Part shown: positions 36,286 through 46,195 of the stretch, piece after piece
How the letters are laid out: every line of letters starts with the position of its first letter
Numbering within the stretch: position 1 is the first letter of the stretch
DNA from: Myxococcota bacterium
GTDB lineage: Bacteria > Myxococcota > Kuafuiibacteriia > Kuafuiibacteriales > Kuafuiibacteriaceae
Direction: 5' to 3'
Assembly (NCBI GenBank): GCA_036788295.1
Contig: DAIQNR010000006.1
Span: 51,523 to 115,522 of the forward strand
Length of the DNA stretch: 64,000 nucleotides
The notes under the pieces: generated by a model
What the model was told of the DNA's origin: nothing
Database searches by the model: none
What the model saw: only the letters and a program-made list of their open reading frames with translations
Translations under genes and position numbers: made by a program

Positions 36286-37296
36286 TCACCAGCCCGACCG
36301 CCAGACGTGCTGGGTGAGGGCTGCCATGTATTGAGCGCGCTCGAACGCGGAGGGGTCGGGGCTGTTGACTTGGCTGAGCGAGCCCTTCATCTGCTCGACC
36401 GATTCGTACTCCCGCTCGGTGAGCCAGGCCGAGAGGTCGCTCGAGACCTTGGCTGCGTGGCCGGGGCCGTGGCGGAGCAAGGCCGAAGTCATCATGGTGA
36501 CATCGGCGCCGGCGAGCAGGAGCTTCACCACGTCGCTGGCTTGGTGCACCCCGCTCGTGGCCGCGAGGTCCACCGAGACCCGCCCCTTGAGCAGCGCGAT
36601 CCACCGCAGCGGCAGCCGCATCTCCTCCGCCGAGGACAGGGTGAGCCGCGGCTCGACCGCGAGGTGGTCGAGGTCGATGTCGGGCTGGAGGAACCGGTTG
36701 AACAGGACGAGACCGCTGGCCCCGTTCTCCGCGAGCTGAAGCGCGAAGTGCCCCGGGCTGCTGTAGAACGGCGAGAGCTTCACGGCGAGCGGCAGCTGGG
36801 TCTGGGCCCGGACCTGCCGCACGAGCGCGACGACGTCCCGCTCGACCTCTATGCCCGGCCGAGTGACATCGGCGGGAACGGTGTAGACGTTGAGCTCGAG
36901 CGCGTCGGCACCCGCTTCTTCCACCTTGCGGGCGTGAAGCACCCACCCGCCTTGGGTATGTCCGTTGAGGCTCGCGATGACCGGGATGGACAGGGCCGCT
37001 TTCGCCGCCGCGATCAGCTCGAGCTGCTCGTCGCTGCGGCGCTTCATCTGGTGCATGTCGGGGAAGTAGCCGCCGGCCGCCTCCCCGAAGGTCTCGGCGC
37101 CGATGCGCTGAGCCCGAAACAGCTCCGCCTCCTCATGCTCGATCTGTTCTTCGAAGATCGAAGGCAGCACCACCGCCGATAGGCCGGCGTCTTCGAGCCG
37201 ACGCAGGGTGTCCACGTTTCCGGTGAGCGGGCCGCAGCTCGCCACCAAGGGGCTTTTCAGGGGCAAGCCCAGCCACCGGGTCGATAGATCCATCAT
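36286..37296 (-). CDS. Dihydroorotate dehydrogenase-like (DHOD family, class 1-type) protein coupled to PFOR
   Basis: 337 aa from ATG 37296 (ATGA overlap with the PFOR stop). LKSPLVASCGPLTGNVDTL...ELNVYTVP...LAVKLSPF... TIM-barrel DHOD/DHPD family features. Confidence 0.7.
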   Translation of the reverse strand: MMDLSTRWLGLPLKSPLVASCGPLTGNVDTLRRLEDAGLSAVVLPSIFEEQIEHEEAELFRAQRIGAETFGEAAGGYFPDMHQMKRRSDEQLELIAAAKAALSIPVIASLNGHTQGGWVLHARKVEEAGADALELNVYTVPADVTRPGIEVERDVVALVRQVRAQTQLPLAVKLSPFYSSPGHFALQLAENGASGLVLFNRFLQPDIDLDHLAVEPRLTLSSAEEMRLPLRWIALLKGRVSVDLAATSGVHQASDVVKLLLAGADVTMMTSALLRHGPGHAAKVSSDLSAWLTEREYESVEQMKGSLSQVNSPDPSAFERAQYMAALTQHVWRSGW

Positions 37297-40200
37297 CCTT
37301 GTTCCTCGGTCACGGTGTGGCGCTCGAGCCCGGCGAGCTGCTCGTAGTAGCTCCACCGCTCGTCGATGTCCTTTTGGGCGAGCACGGCGAGCCTCGAGGC
37401 GCGCTCGGGGTCGGCGCGCTGAAGCATCGCGTACCGAGCCTCCTTTTCGGCGTAGGTCTTGAACGGCCGGCTCGGCTTTTTGCTGTCGAGCTGAAAGGGG
37501 TGGGCGTCGGTGTCCGAGTGCCGGGGGTCGAACCGGTACAGCGGCCAGTGCCCGACCGCCTCGGCCTCCTTCATGTGCGACATCGACGTGCTCATGTCGA
37601 TGCCGTGCGCGATGCAGGTGGCGTAGGCGATGACGAGCGAGACGCCGGGGTAGGATGCGGCCTCGCGCATGGCCTGAAGGGTCTGCTTCATGTTTGCGCC
37701 GAGCGCGATCTGGGCCACGTATACGTTGCCGTACCCCATCGCGATCATGCCGAGGTCCTTCTTGCCGATCGGCTTGCCGGCGGCGGCGAACTTGGCGACC
37801 GCGCCCCGGGGCGTGGCCTTCGAGGCCTGGCCGCCGGTGTTCGAATAGACCTCGGTGTCGAGCACCAGGATGTTCAGATCCTCCCCGGAGGTGAGCACGT
37901 GGTCGAGGCCGCCGAAGCCGATGTCATAGGCCCAGCCGTCGCCGCCCACGATCCAGACGCTCTTTGGGACCAGGTGATCGGCGAGCCCGCTCAGCCGCCT
38001 CGCCTCCGCCGATGGGTTCGTGCTGAGTTGGCGCTTCAGCTCGGCGACCGCCTCGCGGCGGCCGGCGATCGCCGGCTCGTCGAGGATCGGGGCCGGGGCA
38101 CGGAGCGCGGCCACGAGCGCGCCCGGGATGGCCAAAGACGGATCGGTGAGCAGGGCCTCCGCGTGCAGGCTCTGCTGCTTCAGCGCGAGCCGCATCCCGA
38201 GCCCGAATTCGGCGTTGTCCTCGAACAGGGAGTTCGACCACGCCGGGCCCCGGCCGGCGCTGTCCTGCGACCACGGGGTGGTGGGGAGGTTGCCGCCGAA
38301 GATCGACGAGCACCCGGTGGCGTTCGCGACGACGGCCCGATCCCCGAGGAGCTGGGTCATGAGCTTCAGGTACGGGGTCTCTCCGCAGCCGGCGCACGCC
38401 CCAGAGTACTCGAACAGGGGCTCGGCGAGCTGGCTGCCCTTGACCGTCTCGAGCCGGACTTTTGTCCGGTCGGCGGCGGGCTGGGCGAGGAAAGCCTCGA
38501 ACCGGGGACGCTCCCGCTCGATGTGCTCGTCCTTGGGAGACATGTCGATCGCCTTGTGCTTGGCCACCGACTTGCTCTTTGCCGGGCAGACGTCCACGCA
38601 AACCCCGCAGCCGGTGCAGTCGTCAGGGGCGACCTGAACCATGAACTTCAGGTCGGGGCCGATGAGTTCTTTGCCCCGGTAGGGCACGGCGCCGAGCGCG
38701 GTGACCTCGTCCGAGTTCGGGAAAGCTTTGGTCCGGATGGCGGCGTGGGGGCAAACGAGCGCGCAGAACCCACACTGGATGCAGATGTCCGAATCCCAGA
38801 TCGGGATCTCGAGCGCGATGCTCCGCTTCTCGTACTGGGCCGTCCCGGTAGGAAAGGCCCCGTCCACGGGCAGGGCGGACACCGGCAGCTTGTCACCGTC
38901 GCCGCGAATGATGGCGCCGGTGACCCGGGTCACGAAGTCCGGAGCGGACGGGGGCACCGCCGGGCGCAGGCGGATCTCGGAGGTGATCGAGAGCGGGACC
39001 TTCACCTCGTGGAGGTGGGCGAGCGCGGCGTCCACTGCGGTGACGTTGGCATCGAGCACCCTCTGGCCCGACTTCTTGTACGTCTTCTCGATCGACCTCT
39101 TGATGGCGGCGATCGCCTCGTCTCTCGGCAAAGCCCCAAAGAGGGCGAAGAAGCAGGTCTGCATCACCGTGTTGATCCGGCCGGCGAGCCCCGCCTCCTC
39201 GGCGACCGCGACCGCGTCGATGACGAACAGCCGCAGCTTCTTCTCGAGGATGGCCCGCTGCACTTCTTCGGGCAGCTTGTCCCAAACGATTTCGGCGCCG
39301 TGCGGGGAGTTCAACAGGAACGTGGCTCCTTCGGCGGCCAAAGACAGCACGTCCCGCTGCTCGAGAAAGTTGAACTGGTGGCAGGCCACGAACTGCGCCG
39401 ACTGCACGAGGTAGGTGGACTCGATGGGGCGGGGAGAGAAGCGCAGGTGGGATACCGTCACCGCGCCCGACTTCTTCGAGTCGTAGACGAAGTATCCCTG
39501 GGCGTGGAGGTCCGTCTCTTCGCCGATGATCTTCACCGAGTTCTTGTTCGCGCCCACCGTTCCGTCGGCCCCGAGTCCGTAGAAGACCGCGCGGACGACA
39601 TCCGAGGGCTCGATCTCGGGCGCCTTGTCGTAGTTGATGCTCAAGTGGGTGACGTCATCGACGATGCCCACCGTGAACCCATTCCGGGGCATGGTCTGGC
39701 GCAGCTCCGAGAACACGCCGGTCGCCATTCGCGGCGTGAACTCTTTCGAGGAGAGGCCGTAGCGGCCGCCCACGACCTCGGGCACCGTCTGCCGCAAACC
39801 CTGCCGACGGGCTTCGCTCAGCGCAGCCAGAACGTCGAGGTAGAGCGGCTCGCCGGGGGCGCCGGGCTCCTTCGTGCGGTCGAGCACCGCCACCTTGCGA
39901 ACCGATGGGGGCAGGGCGTCGAGCAGCCCCTTCATCGAGAACGGCCGAAACAGGCGCACGCCCACCACGCCGACCCGCTCGCCAACCTCCACCATGCGCC
40001 GGACCGCCTCGCGGGCGGCGCCGAGGCCCGAACCCATCATGACGATGACCTGATCCGGCTCGGGGTGTCCGTCGTAGTCGAACAGCCGCATGCTCCGGCC
40101 GGTCTGCTCCGACAGGCGCTTCATGGCCGACTCGATGATGCCCGGGGTTTGGAGGTAGTAGGGGTTGCACGCTTCCCTCGCCTGGAAGAACACGTCCGGG

Positions 40201-40862
40201 TTTTGGGCGGTGCCGCGCAGGCTCGGGTGGTCGGGGCTGAGCGACCGCGCTCGGTGCCGCTCGATGGCGGCCTCGTCGAGCATCGAGCGAATCACCGCGT
40301 CGGGGATGACCTCGACCCCGTTGACCTCGTGGGACGTCCGAAACCCATCGAAGATGTGGAGGAACGGCACCCGCGCGTGCAGGGTGGCGGCGTGGGCGAC
40401 CAGGGCCTGGTCGTGCGCTTCCTGCACCGACGACGAGAACAGCATCCCGAAGCCCGAGGCGCGGGTCGCCATGACGTCGGCGTGATCGCCGAAGATCGAC
40501 AGCGCGTGGGTCGCGAGCGCCCGGGCGGCCACATGGATGACCGCCGGGGTGAGCTCCCCGGCGATCTTGTACATGTTCGGGATCATGAGCAGGAGGCCCT
40601 GCGAGGACGTGAACGTCGTGGTCAGCGCCCCCGCGGACAGCGCGCCGTGCACCGTGCCCGCGGCCCCGCCTTCGCTCTGCATCTCCACCACCCGGGGAAC
40701 CTGGCCGAACACGTTCTTTCGTCGGGCCGAGGCCCAGTCGTCGGACAGCTCACCCATGGGAGAGGCGGGGGTGATGGGATAGATGGCCACGACCTCGCTC
40801 GCCGCGTAGGCGATGCGGGCCGCGGCCTCGTTGCCGTCCATGAGAACGTGCGTCTTTGGCAT
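37293..40862 (-). CDS. nifJ: Pyruvate:ferredoxin (flavodoxin) oxidoreductase, single-chain PFOR
   Basis: 1189 aa from ATG 40862: MPKTHVLMDGNEAAARIAYAASEVVAIYPITPASPMGE. Two 4Fe-4S ferredoxin motifs (CIQCGFCALVCPHAAI, CTGCGVCVDVCP). TPP-binding GGDGWAYDIG. Confidence 0.9.
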   Translation of the reverse strand: MPKTHVLMDGNEAAARIAYAASEVVAIYPITPASPMGELSDDWASARRKNVFGQVPRVVEMQSEGGAAGTVHGALSAGALTTTFTSSQGLLLMIPNMYKIAGELTPAVIHVAARALATHALSIFGDHADVMATRASGFGMLFSSSVQEAHDQALVAHAATLHARVPFLHIFDGFRTSHEVNGVEVIPDAVIRSMLDEAAIERHRARSLSPDHPSLRGTAQNPDVFFQAREACNPYYLQTPGIIESAMKRLSEQTGRSMRLFDYDGHPEPDQVIVMMGSGLGAAREAVRRMVEVGERVGVVGVRLFRPFSMKGLLDALPPSVRKVAVLDRTKEPGAPGEPLYLDVLAALSEARRQGLRQTVPEVVGGRYGLSSKEFTPRMATGVFSELRQTMPRNGFTVGIVDDVTHLSINYDKAPEIEPSDVVRAVFYGLGADGTVGANKNSVKIIGEETDLHAQGYFVYDSKKSGAVTVSHLRFSPRPIESTYLVQSAQFVACHQFNFLEQRDVLSLAAEGATFLLNSPHGAEIVWDKLPEEVQRAILEKKLRLFVIDAVAVAEEAGLAGRINTVMQTCFFALFGALPRDEAIAAIKRSIEKTYKKSGQRVLDANVTAVDAALAHLHEVKVPLSITSEIRLRPAVPPSAPDFVTRVTGAIIRGDGDKLPVSALPVDGAFPTGTAQYEKRSIALEIPIWDSDICIQCGFCALVCPHAAIRTKAFPNSDEVTALGAVPYRGKELIGPDLKFMVQVAPDDCTGCGVCVDVCPAKSKSVAKHKAIDMSPKDEHIERERPRFEAFLAQPAADRTKVRLETVKGSQLAEPLFEYSGACAGCGETPYLKLMTQLLGDRAVVANATGCSSIFGGNLPTTPWSQDSAGRGPAWSNSLFEDNAEFGLGMRLALKQQSLHAEALLTDPSLAIPGALVAALRAPAPILDEPAIAGRREAVAELKRQLSTNPSAEARRLSGLADHLVPKSVWIVGGDGWAYDIGFGGLDHVLTSGEDLNILVLDTEVYSNTGGQASKATPRGAVAKFAAAGKPIGKKDLGMIAMGYGNVYVAQIALGANMKQTLQAMREAASYPGVSLVIAYATCIAHGIDMSTSMSHMKEAEAVGHWPLYRFDPRHSDTDAHPFQLDSKKPSRPFKTYAEKEARYAMLQRADPERASRLAVLAQKDIDERWSYYEQLAGLERHTVTEEQG

Positions 40863-40992
40863 TGTCCGCCGACTGTGCAAACGGTGGTCCAATGCGATTT
40901 CACCGTTCTCGAGGCCCGAGGGCGCACCGAACGGTAACTCTTTGCGGGGTGACAACCGAGCGAGGGGACGAAGATGCGTAGATACCCTTATA

Positions 40993-41913
40993 TCAACGGG
41001 TGAAGGCTCGGTAGGGTCCGGTCCGCCAGGTCATGTCGGCCAGAGCCCGCTGGCCCGCGGCGGAGGGGTGAAAGCAGTCGAAGGGGGAGACCTCGTTCGC
41101 GGCGAAGCGGTACTGCTCGACCGCGTCGGAATACTGGTAGTAGTGGTTTGGGTCGCTCTGCTGGTATTCGGCCGCGAGCCGCTCGAGGATTCGGTTGAAG
41201 GCGAGGTTTCGGCTCCGGGTGAACTGCCGGTCGGCCTCGGAGTTGGTCGGGCTCAGCATCGTTCCGCAGGGATAGATGTTGAGCAGGGTGGTCGCCCAGA
41301 CGGCCCGGCAGTCGAGGAATCCAAACGCGCTGAGGTCGGCGCCGAGCTCGTAGAGCCGGTAGATGTCCACGAGACCGAGCAGGTAGACGGTGGCCCCGGC
41401 CGGCAGGCCCCGTCGAAGCTCGTCGAGCGCCGCCCGCACGTTCGCCTCGAACTCGGCGTCCGATGGGATCTGGGCGAAGTCGTTCTTGCAGACGTCGTTG
41501 TGCCCCATCAGGACCGGGACATAGCTCGCCTGCCGCGCCACCGCTCCCCGCGCCTGAGCGAGCAGGTTCGGGGAGCTCGCCCCGCTCACCCCCTGCATGT
41601 CGTTGACCCGGCCCCGGGAGCCGAAGTTGCGGGTGATGCGCTGGTTGTGGCTGTTGACGTCGGTGCGGCCGAGCAGCCACTCCCAAAAGCCCCGGTAGCC
41701 GTTCGTGTAGCTGGCCCAGGGGTTCGGGTTCGCGATCCGCAGCACGTTGAATTCTTCGGCGTTGACCGCGGCGGTGATGCTGTCGCCGATCGAGGACAGC
41801 CGCGTGGGCGCGAGCTGCGGGGGTTTGCTTTGCGCCATCGCGTCGGGGACGAAGAGCGATGCGGTGAGGGCGGCGCTCAGCGACGCCGCCCGAAGTCGGA
41901 CAATGTAGGCCAT
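40993..41913 (-). CDS. Secreted SGNH/GDSL-family hydrolase
   Basis: 306 aa from ATG 41913 (GGGAGG RBS). Signal peptide MAYIVRLRAASLSAALTASLFVPDAMAQ. GDSIT motif near the N-terminus. DxxH-like C-terminal CFHPSAAG. Confidence 0.7.
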   Translation of the reverse strand: MAYIVRLRAASLSAALTASLFVPDAMAQSKPPQLAPTRLSSIGDSITAAVNAEEFNVLRIANPNPWASYTNGYRGFWEWLLGRTDVNSHNQRITRNFGSRGRVNDMQGVSGASSPNLLAQARGAVARQASYVPVLMGHNDVCKNDFAQIPSDAEFEANVRAALDELRRGLPAGATVYLLGLVDIYRLYELGADLSAFGFLDCRAVWATTLLNIYPCGTMLSPTNSEADRQFTRSRNLAFNRILERLAAEYQQSDPNHYYQYSDAVEQYRFAANEVSPFDCFHPSAAGQRALADMTWRTGPYRAFTR

Positions 41914-42020
41914 GGGTTCCTCCCTTCCTGCGGCCCCGGGCCATCGGGGCTGCCGGCGGACCGTAGCGCCGCGCGGCCTTTTGTCCCAGGGGGCCCCCGC
42001 CACTTTGTCGCGACTCGAGG

Positions 42021-42908
42021 TCACGCTCGCCGCGCCGCGCGCCACGCTCCGGGGGTGACGCCGTGGGTGCTCCGGAAGTGGCTCACGAGGTGCGAAGCGG
42101 AGCTGAGCCCCACTTCGGCCGCGATCGCGTCGAGGTCGAGGTCGGTTCCGCCGAGCAGGTGCTCGATCCGAAGCGAGAGGTGCCGGTCGCGCTCGGCCCG
42201 CAGGGAAGTCTGCGCGACCTCGAGACGGCGCTGCAGCGTGCGCAAAGACAGCCCGAGCGCCTTCGCGACCTCGGCCGTCCCATACACGCCCTGCTTTCGG
42301 AACACCTCCCGGACGCGACGGACGATCTCGGGCGTCTCCATCGCCGACGCCCGAAGAGCTTCGATCGGGGCGAACAGATCCGGCACCTCGCACCACGCGA
42401 ACGCGGGCGCTGCGTCGTCCTGAAAGCACTGAAAAGCGTAGGGAGGCCGAACGACATGCATCGCGCCGGCGACGATCACGCCGACGAACCCGCTGGGATG
42501 GAGGATGGCTTGCTTGAGGATGTTCGCACCCCACGCGTGGCGGCGCGCGACGAGATACGACAGCAGCCGTCCGAACGCGAGCACGTCGGCGGCCTCGAGG
42601 CCCCGGCCGTCTACGAAGGAGACGTGGCCGGCGAACCGTGGGTCGGCCCCGATCTCGAGGAACGGCATCATCTCGGTGATGTCCGCCTCGAGGGGCCGGC
42701 CCCACATGATCACCCCGAGCGCGCGGGTACCGTCCTGAAAGTACAAGAAGGTGCGTCCCACGAAGAAGCGCCGAGCCGGCGGCCCGAGGAAATCCCCCGA
42801 TGCGAAGGCCGGCTCGAACGGACCGAACGGACCCTCTCCACCCACCCGGGCGAGTCGCCTAACACGCCGACGTTCATGGCGCCAACCGGTAGCAAGACCG
42901 CGCCACAC
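42021..42908 (-). CDS. AraC/XylS-family transcriptional regulator
   Basis: C-terminal HTH: VYGTAEVAKALGLSLRTLQRRLEVAQTSLRAERDRHLSLRIEHLL...EVGLSSASHLVSHFRSTHGVTPGAWR. Confidence 0.75.
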   Translation of the reverse strand: MWRGLATGWRHERRRVRRLARVGGEGPFGPFEPAFASGDFLGPPARRFFVGRTFLYFQDGTRALGVIMWGRPLEADITEMMPFLEIGADPRFAGHVSFVDGRGLEAADVLAFGRLLSYLVARRHAWGANILKQAILHPSGFVGVIVAGAMHVVRPPYAFQCFQDDAAPAFAWCEVPDLFAPIEALRASAMETPEIVRRVREVFRKQGVYGTAEVAKALGLSLRTLQRRLEVAQTSLRAERDRHLSLRIEHLLGGTDLDLDAIAAEVGLSSASHLVSHFRSTHGVTPGAWRAARRA

Positions 42909-42934
42909 CCTCGACGACCGAGCGCCCAGCCGTC

Positions 42935-44407
42935 ATGGGTACACCGATGACATCGAGAGCGGGCGAGCGTGCGACGCCAGAGGCCGTGCTGCCCGGACGG
43001 GCTCCGAGCAACCTTCGGCTCAGCTGGGGTCTTTTGTGCGTGTTCTGGGTCGCGCCCGCCGCTTGCTCGAACGGCGGTGGCGATGCCGAGGACGGCGGTG
43101 GCAGGGAGCCGACAGAGACCGCTTTCCCCCAGTGCGTGGACAGCACGGAGGGCCTGTCGCGGGCGGCGCTGTTCCAGGCAACACTGCGGCCGCTCACCGA
43201 GGATGGGGTATTCGAGATCCCCCTATCTGCGACCGGCCGCGTTCGGCTGGTCCAGACGGTGGAGGGCGGGAAGCTGACTCGGCTGTCGGTGCGCAAGGCC
43301 TGGGGCTTTCTGATCTCGGACGGGTCGAGGTCGGTGGAGGCGGAGTCCGAGTTCAGCGACGAGAGGTTCACGGACACTTCGATGCGGGGGGAATACTTCC
43401 GTGACCTCGGCTTCTACTTTCCCGAGGTGGTGGCCCCGAGGAGCCAGCGGCTCCTGGAGACGCTGGAGGTGGAATTGGACGGCTCCGGGCGCATGCTTCG
43501 CCAGGTGGTCCGCGAGTTCTCCGAGGGACGGCTCAGCTTGGAGGTGGAGCAGACGGCGGTAGGCACCGACCAGATCCGCTCGGTGGCGCGCGCCGGCCGA
43601 AATGGGGCAACGGAGTTGATTTGGGATACCACTGGTTCTGCGAAGATGTTCAGTCCGGTCTGCGGTCCCCTCAGGAGTGGTACGCCGGATAGTCAGGTTC
43701 GCGACTGCACGGCGACCGAGTTGGCGCAGATTCAAGAGGAGCTGCTCGGGGGTTTGGAGCAGGGAAAGGCGTGTATCGAGAGGGTGGAAGAAGGCTCCAC
43801 CCCTGACCTCGGCGCCATCGACGGGCTCGTCGAACGGGTGAAGAAGAAGGAAGGCGCGATCAAGTGCTACACGGGAGGAGAGAGCGCTGGGTACATCAGC
43901 CGCAACTCCTCTGGTCCCGGCAGCGCTCTTGGGGCCACTCTCAACGTGAACGTGGGTATGCTCAGCCTATGCGACTCGAGCTTCCGGCGGTCCACTCTCT
44001 TTCATGAGATGTTGCACTTGGTACGGGGGCCTCACGACGAGGCGGACGAGCAAGTCTTCGAGCTTCCCGCGGGAGCCATCGGTCCGCTGACCGCTGCGCT
44101 CACCGATCCCATCCGCGCCTGCGAGGAGCTGTGCTTCGGAGATCCCGCCCGGGTCACCCGGTGCATGTGCGCCAAGTGCTTGGGTACCAAGGCCTGCGAT
44201 GACCGGTGCAGAGGTCTTCCCTCGTGCGTCGTGAGAAACGCAGCCGGAGTAGCGGTCAGCTCCGAGGCGGTCGGGTCGATGTGTTACGACCCTTCGGGAG
44301 TCAACTCGCCGAGCTGGCACGGTACCCATATGGCCTGCACCAGCGTTTGCTCCGGCGGCCGGACGTGCAAGAGCTACTCGGTGTCGTGCGACGACAACTG
44401 CAAGTAG
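42935..44407 (+). CDS. Secreted Cys-rich putative zinc metallopeptidase-like (lipo)protein (HEMLH)
   Basis: Signal LRLSWGLLCVFWVAPAACSNGG. Likely real start is GTG 42989 or ATG 42947 rather than 42935. Single HExxH at RRSTLFHEMLHLVRGPHDE. C-terminal about 110 aa contain about 18 Cys (CEELCFGD...CMCAKCLGTKACDDRCRGLPSC...CTSVCSGGRTCKSYSVSCDDNCK). Divergent from the AraC gene. Confidence 0.55.
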   Translation: MGTPMTSRAGERATPEAVLPGRAPSNLRLSWGLLCVFWVAPAACSNGGGDAEDGGGREPTETAFPQCVDSTEGLSRAALFQATLRPLTEDGVFEIPLSATGRVRLVQTVEGGKLTRLSVRKAWGFLISDGSRSVEAESEFSDERFTDTSMRGEYFRDLGFYFPEVVAPRSQRLLETLEVELDGSGRMLRQVVREFSEGRLSLEVEQTAVGTDQIRSVARAGRNGATELIWDTTGSAKMFSPVCGPLRSGTPDSQVRDCTATELAQIQEELLGGLEQGKACIERVEEGSTPDLGAIDGLVERVKKKEGAIKCYTGGESAGYISRNSSGPGSALGATLNVNVGMLSLCDSSFRRSTLFHEMLHLVRGPHDEADEQVFELPAGAIGPLTAALTDPIRACEELCFGDPARVTRCMCAKCLGTKACDDRCRGLPSCVVRNAAGVAVSSEAVGSMCYDPSGVNSPSWHGTHMACTSVCSGGRTCKSYSVSCDDNCK

Positions 44408-44409
44408 AT

Positions 44410-45984
44410 TCAGTCCATGCAGGCGGCCCGCCACTCGATCACCCGGGGCCACACCCCAACATGGCGGTTCAGCCAAGCGAGGTGGGGCCGAGCTTCGGCG
44501 CAGCGGGCCTCGAGGACATAGGACTCGGCTAGGGCCAGCCGTGCCTCGATGTCATCGGGGGACAGACGAAGCGCGCGCTCTTGGTCGGCCCACGTCGCGT
44601 TCGCATGGTGCGCCACCAAGAATGCCGCCATCCTCAGCCCGCTGAGGCCGACGGCGATGCACAGAACTGCAGCGACCGCGAGGCGAAGGGCCGCGGGGAA
44701 CGGTGGCCCGCCGCTCGAGCGCCCCGAAGCCACCCCCAGCGCCACCGCCGCCGCCGCGAGCCCGCTGGGCAGGCCCAGCACCGCGTCGAAGAGGGAGAGC
44801 GCGAGGAGGACGGCGAGGACAGCGAGCGCGGCGTGCTCCTTTCGTCGCCACAGAGTTCGCGCGAGCTGCCCGACCAGCGCAAGCGCCGCCGCCGTGCCGA
44901 CGAGCCCCTGCTCGACCAGCACCGCGAGGGCGTCGCTGGTCACGAGGCGATTGACCGGCATCAGCGACGAGCGGGATACGGTCGGGACGCCAGGGGGAGA
45001 AACCCGCAGGTAGACCGACGCCCAGGCTCCCGGACCGCTGCCGACCAGCGGTCGCTCTGTCAGGAGCGCCACGGACGCACGGGCCTGCACCACGCGCCCG
45101 GCACCGCTTCCATTCCGTCCGTCGAAGAGCGACCTCGCCGTGTCGGCGTAGGGCGTGGGGCTCCGCCACGACAGGCGGGTGGGCACGACCAGGGCGAGCG
45201 CAGCGAAGGCCCCCGCCAGCGCGAGCGGACGAAGCGTCCGGCCGCAAAGAGACAAGACCGCCACCCCCACGCCCGTCGCGAGCCATGCGGCGCGGCATCG
45301 GGTCACCACCACCGCCGCGACCATGACCGCGCCGAGCATCACGCCCGTGGCTCGCCGCCGGCGGTTCGGCCCGGTCGCCCACCCGAGGGCCACCGGTAGG
45401 CCGAGCGCGCAAACGTGGCCCACCGTGTTGCGCTGACCGAGCGTCGCACCGGGCGCCCGCCCATGCTTGGACCAGCTCGGGAAGGCTCCTTGCGCTTCGA
45501 GCAAGGCCAACACCGCGACGGCGCCGATGGCGACGAGGAGCGCTGCCTCCACGGCGGCCCGGCCGTCGTCGTCGGCCCATCTTCGGGCGCCGAGGAGCAG
45601 CGAAACGCCCACCCACACCAGCGCGGCCTGGCGCAGCACGAGGACTCCGGCCTCGCTCGTCAGCGAGGAAAGGGTCGCGGCGGCAGCGACGGCGAAGGCG
45701 GCCTGGCAAACCCCATCGAGCCGGGGCGGCGAGGGGCTGGCGAGCCACAGAACGGCGGCCATCGTAGCCAACCACAGCTCCTTTGGGAGGTGAAACCCCC
45801 CAAAGCCCGGATCGGACGACGAGAGCCACGGCAAGAGGCCGCCCACGGGAACGAGCATCCAGGCCAAGAGCGGCAACGAGGCAGCGCCTTGAAAACCCGG
45901 CCGAGCCATGAAGCGAAGCGCATAGGTCCATCGGCCCTGGTCCGCGACCACGGCGCGCGCCAACCGGTGGCAGAACCGCGCCAC
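44410..45984 (-). CDS. O-antigen ligase / Wzy_C-family polytopic membrane protein with C-terminal TPR-like tail
   Basis: 524 aa. About 10-12 hydrophobic helices and a large loop. C-terminal ...WADQERALRLSPDDIEARLALAESYVLEARCAEARPHLAWL. Located within a polysaccharide gene cluster. Confidence 0.55.
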   Translation of the reverse strand: MARFCHRLARAVVADQGRWTYALRFMARPGFQGAASLPLLAWMLVPVGGLLPWLSSSDPGFGGFHLPKELWLATMAAVLWLASPSPPRLDGVCQAAFAVAAAATLSSLTSEAGVLVLRQAALVWVGVSLLLGARRWADDDGRAAVEAALLVAIGAVAVLALLEAQGAFPSWSKHGRAPGATLGQRNTVGHVCALGLPVALGWATGPNRRRRATGVMLGAVMVAAVVVTRCRAAWLATGVGVAVLSLCGRTLRPLALAGAFAALALVVPTRLSWRSPTPYADTARSLFDGRNGSGAGRVVQARASVALLTERPLVGSGPGAWASVYLRVSPPGVPTVSRSSLMPVNRLVTSDALAVLVEQGLVGTAAALALVGQLARTLWRRKEHAALAVLAVLLALSLFDAVLGLPSGLAAAAVALGVASGRSSGGPPFPAALRLAVAAVLCIAVGLSGLRMAAFLVAHHANATWADQERALRLSPDDIEARLALAESYVLEARCAEARPHLAWLNRHVGVWPRVIEWRAACMD

Positions 45985-46195
45985 GGCCTCGACGCGCCGG
46001 CGCCGGATTGTCGTCGGAGGGTCTATGGGTTCGCCTCGTTCAGCGTCCAGTTCCCAGTCGATAGTGACACGATAAACGCGCGGGTCTCCATCTACGAATA
46101 CGGGACGAGCAGGACGCTCGGGAGCAATGCGAGCGCTCGAGCGTCGTGACGCTCGAACTCTCTACCGGGACTCGGGAGTCTCAGCCAGGAACCTT

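Noticed and set aside
37299-40937. 1212-aa plus-strand ORF antisense to PFOR
   Set aside because: It is antisense to an unambiguous nifJ/PFOR gene and its composition is low-complexity.
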